DNA of 59,244 nt from Lentisphaerota bacterium (GCA_013203785.1 JABMPJ010000210.1:1-59244), one strand, 5' to 3'. Numbered from the stretch's first letter, positions 47,906 through 57,557 are shown. Numbers and translations are program-made. Notes: generated by a model not told the origin, from the letters alone.

Positions 47906-48838
47906 TTACCGACATGCAAGATTCAGATCCGCAATGTCCTTCATCCGCAGACTTTGATGGTCAGCGCCCACGGCTTCGATCGCCCGCACCAGATACGCAG
48001 CGTTGCGTTCTGTCTCCGACAGCGAGAACGCGTAAAGCGCGTGCGCCGCTGAACGCTCTATGACTTCGTCCGGGTGAAGGATCAACACCAGAACAGCCTC
48101 CTGCATGCCGCCCTGCAGCATGCTATTCAAATGGTGCTCGACCGCATCTCTAAATACATCGTGATGATAGGCCAAGTTGACGTACCGCAGCAATGGCGTA
48201 CATTCACTCCGCGACTGCACGGGAATCGTCGTCATCGGCACCTCAAGAATGGCATGGTGCGACAATGCCGACACGCGGTAGTCGGACCGGGCCGGGTGAT
48301 ATGGCGTGTTGGTGGTGGACTCCCAATCAAAACGCCGGGCGCCATCATCGCGTCGGCGGCCCGGAATGGCGGTGGAATCGATGTGCAATCCCAGGTGCGT
48401 CAGGGCGGCCATCGTGGTGTTGCTCCCAAACGCTTCGCCAAGCCGTACCGAGTGGAATTCGTGGCCGGCCTGACCGAGCTCGGCATGCGTTTCCTCTATT
48501 TGCTGCGCACAGGCCGCTTCATCATGTTCCTGCACGTATTGCCCCTGTTCTGCGCTCCAGCAATACAAATGCGGGTGCCACGCAATCTCATCGCCCGCCG
48601 CACCCAACTGCGACCAGAGCGCTTGGTGCTGATTCAGCAAATATGACGACCCACCGTACAGATCCCTCAACTGCCGGTCCGCGCGCACAAACCAGGTGCA
48701 ACGCAGTGCGTAGCGCGCGAAGATGTTCGCGAGTGAAGGGATCTGCTCGACTCCCCGCCAGCACAGGACCGTTCGTTCATTATCTGTGGCCGTGCCATCG
48801 CTGTCGACATCCACCGTGATAGACAAAGAGACTCTCAC
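47906..48838 (-). CDS. CE4/NodB-like polysaccharide deacetylase-fold protein
   Basis: ITVDVDSD, TWFV, EIAWHPH, IDST..P, ILEVP.T, ILHPDE. Confidence 0.6.
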   Translation of the reverse strand: MRVSLSITVDVDSDGTATDNERTVLCWRGVEQIPSLANIFARYALRCTWFVRADRQLRDLYGGSSYLLNQHQALWSQLGAAGDEIAWHPHLYCWSAEQGQYVQEHDEAACAQQIEETHAELGQAGHEFHSVRLGEAFGSNTTMAALTHLGLHIDSTAIPGRRRDDGARRFDWESTTNTPYHPARSDYRVSALSHHAILEVPMTTIPVQSRSECTPLLRYVNLAYHHDVFRDAVEHHLNSMLQGGMQEAVLVLILHPDEVIERSAAHALYAFSLSETERNAAYLVRAIEAVGADHQSLRMKDIADLNLACR

Positions 48839-49473
48839 ACCAACGTTGCCTCCTTATAGAGAAACAGCGTGAAGTCGAACGGGAGATAGTCATGCCGAAG
48901 CGACACAAAAGGCGTGAGCGACTTCGCGTAGGAAAACATGCGCTCCGGCGAGAAATAGAAGAGATGGTCTTCATGGTAGTTTACGTAGTCGCCAAGCATG
49001 TCGATGGAGACACCCCGGCGTGCGGCCTTGAACGCTGCCTCCAGCGCGCTGCGAACCACGCTGTCGTTGTCCACATCCTCATAGCGGTTGTTGAAGACTT
49101 GGCACATGCAAACATAGTCAGCTTCATGCGCAATGCCGTCCTGTGAAATATCGCGGACTTCGAACTCTGCTTCCGGAAATTGCTGCCGATTGGCTTCGAT
49201 GAACGAAGGGACGATATCATAGCCAATGTAACGGATAGGGATGCTCTGATCGCGCAGGAACTTGTAATAGTACCCCAGACCGCACCCTATATCGAGCAGC
49301 GTCGTGTTCTCCAGGTCGCCGATGGAGGCGTGCGCGGTGTGCTGTATCCTCAACTTGTCACCCTTGCCCGTGTTCAGCGTGCGCAGATCATCGCCGTATT
49401 GGCGAAAACGCTCTTCATACCGACCCACAATTCGCGCCCGGTCTTCTTCCGACAATCTATCCGGTGTGCTCAA
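48835..49473 (-). CDS. Class I SAM-dependent methyltransferase
   Basis: LLDIGCGLG, YIGYDI, LRHDYLPFDFT. Confidence 0.82.
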   Translation of the reverse strand: MSTPDRLSEEDRARIVGRYEERFRQYGDDLRTLNTGKGDKLRIQHTAHASIGDLENTTLLDIGCGLGYYYKFLRDQSIPIRYIGYDIVPSFIEANRQQFPEAEFEVRDISQDGIAHEADYVCMCQVFNNRYEDVDNDSVVRSALEAAFKAARRGVSIDMLGDYVNYHEDHLFYFSPERMFSYAKSLTPFVSLRHDYLPFDFTLFLYKEATLV

Positions 49474-50717
49474 GCTACCTCCCTTTCTCCGGCAGACGGT
49501 GGCACTTCTTCGGCTTCAATCTCCACGTCGAGAGCCTCTTCCGCCGCTTGCGCTTTGGCCATCACGTCGGCACGGCTCTCGCCCACCGCCATAATCTGAC
49601 CACAGCGTTTGCCCCCCTCATCGATCACGCCAATCCTGTCGCCGGGGCGCAGGCCGATTCCCACCTGGATGACGCCGTCGATGGCTTGCGCATCTGTCAC
49701 GCCATCCACCCTCATCACACGCCCTGGAGAGAACGTCAAAAATGTGAGGATACCATCCTTTCGACGGGGAGGAGACCCCAGCGATACGCGTTCGCCCAGG
49801 GCCTGCCGAATCCGTGCTTCGAGCAGGTCCAACCCCGTCATGGCAGGGAGCAGTTCTGTCGCCACACGTGCGCCGCAGCCGCGGGCTGCGACCTCAATCA
49901 GCCGCACACCATTCTCCGTTACCATGTACTCCCCGTGGGTGAACCCCATGCGAATCCCCACGGCACGTACCACGGCTTCATGCGTGCGCTGCAAGGCGTG
50001 CATGGTCTGCTCGTCAAAGGCGGCGGGGTAGATGAGCTGGAGATCGAAACTGTATGGCGGCGCGCACTTCACCTTGTCGCAGATGCCAAGCGTCTGCACC
50101 CCTTCCGCATCGATGAACGCCTCGACGGAAGATTCTGTGCCCACCATCATGTCCTCCACCAGGACTGTACCCGAACGACTGGCCGCCTGGGCCAGAGGAA
50201 ACCGGGCCGCCACGTCATCGAGGGTCCAGACCTTTGCCACGCCACGGCTGGCCTGGCTGTCGCTGGGTTTCAGCACAACCGGCAGACCTATTTCCTCCGC
50301 GGCGCGGACCGCCTCTGAAACACTCATGGCCTTCCGGTACATCGGCTGTTCAATGCCCGCGCGTCGGCAACACTCCCGCATGAGCCACTTATCCGTGGCC
50401 TGTTGCGCAACCTGGGAGCCGATCCCCGGCAAGCCCATCTGCTCAGCCACGTAGGCCGCCGTAAGTACGGCCGCGTCGGTCTGTTCTGTGATAACGGCCT
50501 CAACACGATGTTGACGCGCCACCGCTAACATGCGCTTGCAGTCAAACACACTAACCGTCTCAGCCACATTCGCACAGCGAAGCCCCATGGCGTTCGGATC
50601 TCGATCCGCAGCCACCACCTTCAGTCCCATGGCCTGCGCCTTCAGAATCAGCGGCACCACGGCATCACTGGCGGGCAGTATCAAGATATTACGATCCGTC
50701 ATCGGCGGTTCACTCAC
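49470..50717 (-). CDS. ATP-grasp domain ligase
   Basis: TDKWLMR, PVVLKPSDSQASRGV, GTESSVE, HGEY, LIEVAARGCG. Confidence 0.85.
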   Translation of the reverse strand: MSEPPMTDRNILILPASDAVVPLILKAQAMGLKVVAADRDPNAMGLRCANVAETVSVFDCKRMLAVARQHRVEAVITEQTDAAVLTAAYVAEQMGLPGIGSQVAQQATDKWLMRECCRRAGIEQPMYRKAMSVSEAVRAAEEIGLPVVLKPSDSQASRGVAKVWTLDDVAARFPLAQAASRSGTVLVEDMMVGTESSVEAFIDAEGVQTLGICDKVKCAPPYSFDLQLIYPAAFDEQTMHALQRTHEAVVRAVGIRMGFTHGEYMVTENGVRLIEVAARGCGARVATELLPAMTGLDLLEARIRQALGERVSLGSPPRRKDGILTFLTFSPGRVMRVDGVTDAQAIDGVIQVGIGLRPGDRIGVIDEGGKRCGQIMAVGESRADVMAKAQAAEEALDVEIEAEEVPPSAGEREVA

Positions 50718-51244
50718 TTCCCAGCGTCGAGAAAGCCCTTGTCGCGCTGTGACAGAATGACGTCATCCAGCGGCCACGTTATCCCCACCAGCGGGTCATT
50801 GTAGCGGATGCCGCGTTGAGCCGAAGGGGCATAGGGCTGCGACATCTGGAAGAACACCTCGGTCTTGTCCTCGAGGGTCTGAAACCCGTCCGCGACGCCC
50901 TTGGGTATGTAGAGCAGATTCTGGTTGGCTGCCGATAACTCGAAGGCTTCCCACGTCCGCCATGTTGGCTCGCTCTCCCGCACGTCTACCACCACGACAT
51001 ACGCAGATCCTCGCGTACAACGGACCAACATCTCTTCCTCATGCGGCGCACACTGGTAGTGCAGACCTCGCACTGTCCCCTTCCGTGTATTAAAGACGGT
51101 GTTGCATTGCGCAAAGGTCATGTTGATCCCATGCTTCGCGAATTCCCTGGCACAGAAGGTGCGCGCAAAAACGCCCCGATCGTCCTCAATGCGTTCGGGC
51201 TCAATCAGCACGACGCCATTCAGTTTTGTCCGTTGAAATAGCAT
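50714..51244 (-). CDS. rfbC: NDP-4-keto-6-deoxyhexose 3,5-epimerase family (RmlC cupin), copy 1
   Basis: DDRGVFARTFC, GTVRGLHYQ, LYIPKGVADGFQTL. The usual EAKLV and AHG are altered to EEMLV and ADG. Confidence 0.8.
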   Translation of the reverse strand: MLFQRTKLNGVVLIEPERIEDDRGVFARTFCAREFAKHGINMTFAQCNTVFNTRKGTVRGLHYQCAPHEEEMLVRCTRGSAYVVVVDVRESEPTWRTWEAFELSAANQNLLYIPKGVADGFQTLEDKTEVFFQMSQPYAPSAQRGIRYNDPLVGITWPLDDVILSQRDKGFLDAGK

Positions 51245-51296
51245 TTACAGTCCTCCCTCTTTGTGTGGTACCACTCCAAAAGCTGCGACAGTGTCA

Positions 51297-52070
51297 TCAT
51301 GGCCACATTTTCCATGGTGCGGTCCCGCCTTCCCACATGTTCTCCAGCAGGATCTTGTCGCGCATGTGGTCCATGCATTGCCAGAACCCCTTATGGCGGA
51401 AGGCCTGCAACTGGCCTTCGCGGGCGAGGGTCATCAAGGGGTATCCTTCAAAACTTGTTGGATCGCCCTCAATCAAATCCAGAACCTGCGGATCGAGCAC
51501 GAAGAATCCACCATTGATCCAACCGCCCTCACCTACCGGTTTTTCATCAAAACCTGTCACGACCGTATCCGACCCTATGACCAGTGACCCGTAACGTGCT
51601 GGCGTGCGGACTGCCGTCACGGTCGCCATTTTGCCATGCTGCTGATGAAACTGCAGGAGACGGGTGATATCCACATTCGCAACGCCATCCCCATAGGTCA
51701 TGCAGAATGCCTCGTCCTTCACAAAGTTGGTCACCCGTTTGAGCCGCCCCCCCGTCATAGTCTCCAGCCCCGTGTCCACTACAGTAACACGCCAAGGCTC
51801 AGCTTTCTGGTGATGGACTTCTATTGAATTTGTGGCCATATCAAACGTCACATCGGCCATATGGAGGAAGTAGTTGGCGAAATACTCCTTGATGATGTAG
51901 CCTTTGTAGCCGCAACAGATCACAAAGTCATTGATTCCGTGAGTCGAATATATCTTCATGACGTGCCACAGAATGGGCTGCGGACCGATCTCTATCATCG
52001 GCTTCGGGCGGAAGATCGATTCTTCCGTTATGCGAGTGCCTTTACCGCCTGCAAGAATCACGGCTTTCAT
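51297..52070 (-). CDS. rfbF: Glucose-1-phosphate cytidylyltransferase
   Basis: MKAVILAGGKGTRITEE...PKPMIEIG, GYKGY.IKEYF.NY, TMTGGRLKR, TYGDG, GFWQCMD. Confidence 0.95.
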   Translation of the reverse strand: MKAVILAGGKGTRITEESIFRPKPMIEIGPQPILWHVMKIYSTHGINDFVICCGYKGYIIKEYFANYFLHMADVTFDMATNSIEVHHQKAEPWRVTVVDTGLETMTGGRLKRVTNFVKDEAFCMTYGDGVANVDITRLLQFHQQHGKMATVTAVRTPARYGSLVIGSDTVVTGFDEKPVGEGGWINGGFFVLDPQVLDLIEGDPTSFEGYPLMTLAREGQLQAFRHKGFWQCMDHMRDKILLENMWEGGTAPWKMWP

Positions 52071-52192
52071 AACACGCTCCCTCCCTGTGAAGTTAATGCC
52101 CCCGAATCATACAGTGGACGCGTAGCGACGCTGGCCTCTGTGATGAATGACTATGTTCGATAAAGCGCACGATGTCAGTGATTTTGTGCCCA

Positions 52193-53101
52193 CTAACGGC
52201 AGCGGACCTTGTTGCGGATCAGAGCCATCAATGGGGGGCAAAACACTTCCGTGATCAGTCCTGCATACAGTCGCAGCGACTTGACCAACAGGATGGGCGT
52301 GATCACGAGCGATACGCCGACGGCCTGCAGCCACGGCAGCTCCATAAAGGCCAATCGCACATGATTACGCTGATAGGTCCATATCTGCCGAAACACCTCG
52401 CGGCGGGTGAACGGAATATCCAGGTTGGCGAAGTACCGTGCCGCACTGCCATAGTCAACACCCCGGCGCATGTAGAAGAGCTCCTCGTCCAAACCCGCGA
52501 TCTTGCCCCTGACCGCCAAGTGGTTGACCTGCATCAGATCGGGACCTATGCAATGTTTCCAGGAAGGCATCCGCCGCAGCGCTTCCAGTCGGAAGATACC
52601 GTACAACATGTAGAGAGAGCGACATGTCACCATACGTATATAGCGCACGGCAGCCGATTTGTTCAGAAATGACTGCGTCTGACCCATCCGCTCGGCCGGG
52701 GTACCGTCCTGCTCCAGGAATCGCCCCGCCGGGTAGGCTGACAGAAGGCTCGGATCGCGCTCCAGGATCGCGATCAGTGACGATGCGAAACGCGGAGCCC
52801 AGAGGTCATGGGCACCCGCCCAGAAGAAGTACTCAGAATCGGCCTCGCGGAGCAGATAGTTGAAGTTCCCTGCCGCGCCGAGATTTTTGGGCTGTCGGAC
52901 GTAGGTCAGATTCGCATGTTGCTCCGCGTAGGCGCGGCCGATCTGTTCGGTCCCGTCGGTCGAGGCGTTGTCGGCGACGATGATCTCAAGGTTGGGGTAG
53001 TCCTGCGCCAGGAGTGAGTCCAGCGTCTGGGCGAGCTGCTCCGCGCCATTGTAGACCGGGACACCGGCGATGACTCTCGGGTTTCCAGCGTCTGCCATCA
53101 T
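52193..53101 (-). CDS. GT2 family glycosyltransferase
   Basis: GVPVYNG, DNASTDGT, NLGAAGNFN, YFFWAGAHD.W. Confidence 0.85.
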   Translation of the reverse strand: MMADAGNPRVIAGVPVYNGAEQLAQTLDSLLAQDYPNLEIIVADNASTDGTEQIGRAYAEQHANLTYVRQPKNLGAAGNFNYLLREADSEYFFWAGAHDLWAPRFASSLIAILERDPSLLSAYPAGRFLEQDGTPAERMGQTQSFLNKSAAVRYIRMVTCRSLYMLYGIFRLEALRRMPSWKHCIGPDLMQVNHLAVRGKIAGLDEELFYMRRGVDYGSAARYFANLDIPFTRREVFRQIWTYQRNHVRLAFMELPWLQAVGVSLVITPILLVKSLRLYAGLITEVFCPPLMALIRNKVRCR

Positions 53102-53108
53102 AGCTTCT

Positions 53109-54230
53109 TCATTCGGTTGGCCCGAGTCTCTCGCGCACGGTCGCCAGCACGTAGGCGACATCGTCCTGCGTCATATCGAAGTAGTTGGGCAGGTTGATGC
53201 CGCGGCCATGCAGCGCATAGGTGACATGATTCTGCGGAGCAGGCTCATACATCGGCAACTTGCTGACGGGGTAGAAGAGAGGGCGAATACCGACTCCCAC
53301 GGAAGTCACGGCCGTCACGAGTGCGTTGCGTCGCACTTCGGTCATGCCCCAGCTCTCGCCAAACATAATGGTCGGTTGCCAGTAGCTGTTGAGACATCCC
53401 TCGGGCTGAGGATTAAGCGCAATGTCATCCCAATCAGCCAAGAGGGTTTGGTACCAATCGAAGATCTTCCGCTTCGCCCCCACCAGCTCCCCGGCCCGTT
53501 CGAACTGTCCTAACCCGAGGGCGGCCTGGATATTGGAGAGTTTGTATTTGAGGCCGATCTCGTCGACCCAGAAGATGATGTGTTTCCCGGGCTTGCGGCC
53601 CTGGTTCTCGATCGTTGCAATCGACTCAACGAGATCGTCCCGATTGCAGAGCAGTGCACCGCCCTCGCCGGATGTCAGCGTCTTGGTGCCGTGCATTGAG
53701 AAGACGCCCATGTCTCCGATCGAACCGGCCTTGCGCCCGTGATACTCCGATCCCACCGCCTCGGCGGCGTCCTCAATCACGGGAATCCCGTGCGCCCGGC
53801 CGATCTCCATGATGGCATCCATATCGCAGAGGTTGCCGTAGAGATGGACGATGACGATGGCCCGGGTTCGTGGCGTTATCGCGGCGATGATGGATGCAGG
53901 ACTGATGCACCAGCTCGACTCCAGCGCGTCGACGAATACCGGTGTGGCACCCAACCAGCTGATCGGGAATACGCTGCCGGTCCAGGTCAGGTCTGGGACA
54001 ATCACCTCGTCCCCCGGCCCGACACCCAGCGCCTTGAGGCCGATGTGCAGAGCTCCGTGGCAACTTGAGGTCGGCCAGACATGCGGGACGTCGAAGTACT
54101 CGCGCAGGCACTCGGAGAACCGGTTGAGATAGTCATAGCACTGCGCGCCCCAGCCGGTCGTCACCGCATCGGTGACATAGTCGATCTCCCGCTGTGTAAT
54201 GGAGGGCTTGGCCGCTAATATCGTTCGCAT
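53109..54230 (-). CDS. DegT family (perosamine synthetase-like) aminotransferase
   Basis: GDEVIVP, VHLYGN, IEDAAEA.GS, FSMHGTKTLTSGEGG, GLKYKLSNIQAALG. Confidence 0.88.
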   Translation of the reverse strand: MRTILAAKPSITQREIDYVTDAVTTGWGAQCYDYLNRFSECLREYFDVPHVWPTSSCHGALHIGLKALGVGPGDEVIVPDLTWTGSVFPISWLGATPVFVDALESSWCISPASIIAAITPRTRAIVIVHLYGNLCDMDAIMEIGRAHGIPVIEDAAEAVGSEYHGRKAGSIGDMGVFSMHGTKTLTSGEGGALLCNRDDLVESIATIENQGRKPGKHIIFWVDEIGLKYKLSNIQAALGLGQFERAGELVGAKRKIFDWYQTLLADWDDIALNPQPEGCLNSYWQPTIMFGESWGMTEVRRNALVTAVTSVGVGIRPLFYPVSKLPMYEPAPQNHVTYALHGRGINLPNYFDMTQDDVAYVLATVRERLGPTE

Positions 54231-54232
54231 AT

Positions 54233-54787
54233 CTATTCCTGACAACCGGACGCCCCTGTCCTCCCCAACAACGGCAATCCCGCATCCCGCTCGGACAGCA
54301 CCGTCGGTGTGAGCGGCCAGGCAATGTCGACCGCCACGTCGTCAAAGCGGAAGCCGCGTGCCAGCTCGGGCTGGTAGGGAGCGCTGATATAGTAGAGTAA
54401 CTCGCTCTCGGCCTCAAGCGTCACGAAGCCGTGCGCAAAACCGCGCGGAATGTAGAGCGCCACCCCGTGCGCTGCTGACAGCTCCTCGCCGACCCACTGC
54501 CCATAGGTGGCCGACTCCGCTCGCACATCCACGGCTACATCAAAGACGCGTCCGCGTGTACATCGTACGATCTTTGTCTCTCCCCCCGGCGCTGCTTGCC
54601 AGTGCATCCCGCGCAGCGTCCCGGCGGCACGATTAAAGGAGATACTGTGCTCGGGAAAGGATGTCTCCAGCCCCGCCTCCGCCAGCTGCCGCCCGCAGAA
54701 GGTCCGGGCAAAATAGCCCCGCTCATCCGCCTGTGGTTCGAGACAAAATTTGAAGACACCGGGTAGCGTTGTGGGTTCAATCTTCAT
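54233..54787 (-). CDS. rfbC: NDP-4-keto-6-deoxyhexose 3,5-epimerase family, copy 2
   Basis: DERGYFARTFC, GTLRGMHWQ, ETKIVRC.RG..FDVAVD.R, YIPRGFAHGF.TL. Confidence 0.88.
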   Translation of the reverse strand: MKIEPTTLPGVFKFCLEPQADERGYFARTFCGRQLAEAGLETSFPEHSISFNRAAGTLRGMHWQAAPGGETKIVRCTRGRVFDVAVDVRAESATYGQWVGEELSAAHGVALYIPRGFAHGFVTLEAESELLYYISAPYQPELARGFRFDDVAVDIAWPLTPTVLSERDAGLPLLGRTGASGCQE

Positions 54788-54815
54788 GCTCTATCTCTGT
54801 CCTTACTGCCCGGTA

Positions 54816-55021
54816 GGGCTGCTGACGCAATGGGGATACTGCCCGCAGATCACGCTGATGGACGCAGATGGGAACGCGAAGGTCCCCGCCCATACTCGCA
54901 GAAATCGCATGCATCCCAGATTCCAGCTCTCTTTCGAAGCGTTCCAACATCCCTTTCCATGTCGTCAAAGTACCCATATCACATCTCATTTCTATCTGCG
55001 CAGATCTGCGTGATCTGCGGG
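54816..55021. repeat. Family A element, copy 6
   Basis: gggctgctgacgcaatggggatactgcccgcagatcacgctgatggacgcagatggga ... atctgcgcagatctgcgtgatctgcggg. Confidence 0.85.
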
Positions 55022-55040
55022 AAAACGCTCCCTTCCCCGC

Positions 55041-56282
55041 TCAAAACACCTCCACCCGCGGGATTGGCACCACAAACTCGCCGCCCCATTCCCGTATCCC
55101 GGCCATCTGCTCACTGATCTCGTCGCGCAGATTCCACGGTAGAATCAAGAGGTACTCCGGCTTGGTCTGCCATACCTGCTCGGGGGCCAGAATCGGGATA
55201 TGGCTGCCCGGCAGGTAGCGCCCCTGCTTGTGGGGATTTCGGTCAACAGCGAAGGCAATGGCGTCGCTCGACACATCGCAGTAGTTTAACAGCGTGTTAC
55301 CCTTGGCGGCGGCGCCATAGGCGGCCACCTGCTTGCCGGCCGCCGCAGCATCCGCCAGAAACGCCTTCAGCTCGCGGCCGACGGTCTGGACCTTCTGGCT
55401 GAAGTTGCGGTAGATATCGCGGTCAAGGAGTCCAAAGGAGCACTCCTTGGCTTGCATGGCTGCCACACTGTCGCCGACGGTGAACGGGCCGTCTGCGTGG
55501 CACGCGTAGATACGAATCGACCCGCCGTGGGTCGGTAGCTCATCCACATCAAACAGTGTGAGACCATGCGCCTTGAAGATTCGCTCCACGGTTGAGAAGG
55601 AGAGGTAGGAGAAATGCTCGTGATATATTGTATCGAACTGATTGCCGTCGATCAGCTGAAGCAGATGCGGGAACTCCATCGTGATCACGCCCGACGGTTT
55701 CAGTAGCCGTTTGAGACCGGCCACAAAATCGTTAATGTCGGGTACATGTGCGAGCACATTGTTGCCCAGCAGTAGATCGGCCTGCCGGCCCGCCTTCGCC
55801 AGTCCGCCTGCTAGTGTCTCTCCGAAGAACTCCTCAAGCGTCTCGACGCCTTTTCCCCTCGCCGCCTTGGCTGTGCTGGCGGTCGGTTCGATTCCCAGGA
55901 CATTGAAGCCGCGGCCATGAAAGTATTGCAGTAGGTAACCGTCGTTGCTGGCCACTTCCACGATTTGACTTTGCTCCGGTGTCAGGCTGAACCGGTCGAT
56001 CATCTGTGCTACGTAACGCTGCGCGTGCTCGAGGAAGCTGGTCGAGTAGCTGGAGAAGTAGGCGTAGTTGGCGTCAAAAATCGTATCCCTGGTCTCAACC
56101 GCCTCGATCTGCATCAGAAAGCAGGCCGTACAGAGATAGACGCAGAGCGGATAGCGCGACTCATGCTCCCCGAGCTGCTCTGCCGTCAGATACCCGTTCG
56201 AGAGAGGATGCATGCCGAGATCAACCACTTGTTCCGTTAGCAGGGCGTGGCAGAATCGGCAGTGTGGGGTTGCGTCAGTCAT
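55041..56282 (-). CDS. NDP-hexose C-methyltransferase (Zn-binding, NovU/TylCIII-like)
   Basis: CRFC, DLGMHPLSN, CTAC, YAYFSS, EVASNDGYLL, FDTIYHEHFSY, YGAAAKGNTLLNY, PWN. Confidence 0.9.
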   Translation of the reverse strand: MTDATPHCRFCHALLTEQVVDLGMHPLSNGYLTAEQLGEHESRYPLCVYLCTACFLMQIEAVETRDTIFDANYAYFSSYSTSFLEHAQRYVAQMIDRFSLTPEQSQIVEVASNDGYLLQYFHGRGFNVLGIEPTASTAKAARGKGVETLEEFFGETLAGGLAKAGRQADLLLGNNVLAHVPDINDFVAGLKRLLKPSGVITMEFPHLLQLIDGNQFDTIYHEHFSYLSFSTVERIFKAHGLTLFDVDELPTHGGSIRIYACHADGPFTVGDSVAAMQAKECSFGLLDRDIYRNFSQKVQTVGRELKAFLADAAAAGKQVAAYGAAAKGNTLLNYCDVSSDAIAFAVDRNPHKQGRYLPGSHIPILAPEQVWQTKPEYLLILPWNLRDEISEQMAGIREWGGEFVVPIPRVEVF

Positions 56283-56320
56283 ATATTCATTCCTTTGATC
56301 CGAGATTCCTATTCACATCC

Positions 56321-56490
56321 CTGCTAACGCACTGGAGAGACTGCCCGCAGATCACGCAGATGGACGCAGATGGGATCGGGAACAAGAATGAAACTGTTGT
56401 ACGAATCCGTCGGGCGCTGATTCCTCCACATCCCTTACCCATATCCTCTCTCATCTGCGAAGATCTGCGGCCATCTGCGGGCAAACTCCC
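56321..56490. repeat. Family A element, copy 7, overlapping the rfbG 3' end
   Basis: ctgctaacgcactggagagactgcccgcagatcacgcagatggacgcagatggga ... catctgcgaagatctgcggccatctgcgggcaaactcccc. Confidence 0.88.
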
Positions 56491-57557
56491 CGCCCCAGGT
56501 ATCTCTCTACCTGCTCTAGGCAGAGCTCCCGCGCTGACGCGCCCCGCTCAAAGTCACGATACCATGCAATGGTCCATTCGACGGCCTCTTCTGCGGTCAG
56601 TTGTGTTTTCCATCCCAGCCGTTCACGCGCTGCGGTCGAATCCAGTTGCAGCCAGGCGGCTTCATGCGGGTGCTCCTCATGGTCGGTCACCCAGGCGGCT
56701 CCATCGCCCCAGATGCGGCAGGCCGCCGTGGCGACATCGCCCACCGTCAGGGCATCGGCGGTCGATGGACCAAAGTTCCATCCCGTCGCCAGTTCATTCT
56801 GCCCTTCCAGCAGGGCGCGGCCCAACTGCAGATAGCCGGTCAGTGGCTCCAGGACATGCTGCCAGGGCCGTATCGCCTTGGGATAGCGAATGGTGAGGGG
56901 CTCACCGCGAGAGAAGGCGCGATAGCCGTCGGGCAGCAAGCGATCCGCGGCCCAGTCGCCGCCACCGATCACATTGCCCGCGCGTGCCGATGCCAGTAGC
57001 GCCGCGCCCTCGGGCTGCATGAACGAGCGGCGATAGCAGTCCGTCAGTAGTTCGCTGCAGCCTTTCGAGTTGCTGTAGGGGTCGGATCCGCCCATCGGAT
57101 CCGTCTCAACAAACGGCACGGTCAATTCCCGTTGCGCATAGCACTTGTCGGTCGTGACATTGATGACGGCCCGCAGGGATGGGCAGCTACGAGCAGCCTC
57201 CAACACTGTCAGTGTACCCATGACGTTGGTTCGATAGGTCTCCAGCGGATCGCGATAGCTTTCACGCACCAGCGACTGCGCGGCCAAGTGCAGCACGAGC
57301 TCCGGCGCAAAGCGGTTCATGGCCGCCTTCACACCCGCCAGATCCGCGATATCCGCCCTGCTATCGCTCTCCAGCAGTTCGTCCAGCGACGCGCAATCAT
57401 AGAGGCTCGGCGTCGTAGGCGGATCCAGCGCCACGCCGCCAACCACGGCCCCCATGCGCGACAGCAGCAGGGTCAGCCACGCGCCCTTAAACCCGGTGTG
57501 GCCGGTTACGAGGACTCGCTTGTTTTTCCAGAAGTTAGAATCGTCCATGATCATCAC
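56451..57557 (-). CDS. rfbG: CDP-glucose 4,6-dehydratase
   Basis: FWKNKRVLVTGHTGFKGAWL, HLAAQSLVR.SY, TTDKCY, DPYSNSK, RAGNVIGGGDW, RPWQHVLEPL.GY. Confidence 0.95.
   Translation of the reverse strand: MMIMDDSNFWKNKRVLVTGHTGFKGAWLTLLLSRMGAVVGGVALDPPTTPSLYDCASLDELLESDSRADIADLAGVKAAMNRFAPELVLHLAAQSLVRESYRDPLETYRTNVMGTLTVLEAARSCPSLRAVINVTTDKCYAQRELTVPFVETDPMGGSDPYSNSKGCSELLTDCYRRSFMQPEGAALLASARAGNVIGGGDWAADRLLPDGYRAFSRGEPLTIRYPKAIRPWQHVLEPLTGYLQLGRALLEGQNELATGWNFGPSTADALTVGDVATAACRIWGDGAAWVTDHEEHPHEAAWLQLDSTAARERLGWKTQLTAEEAVEWTIAWYRDFERGASARELCLEQVERYLGRGVCPQMAADLRR

Noticed and set aside
38506-56490. Family A repeats as a CRISPR array
   Set aside because: Copies are dispersed with inverted arms and no regular repeat-spacer period; no cas genes.
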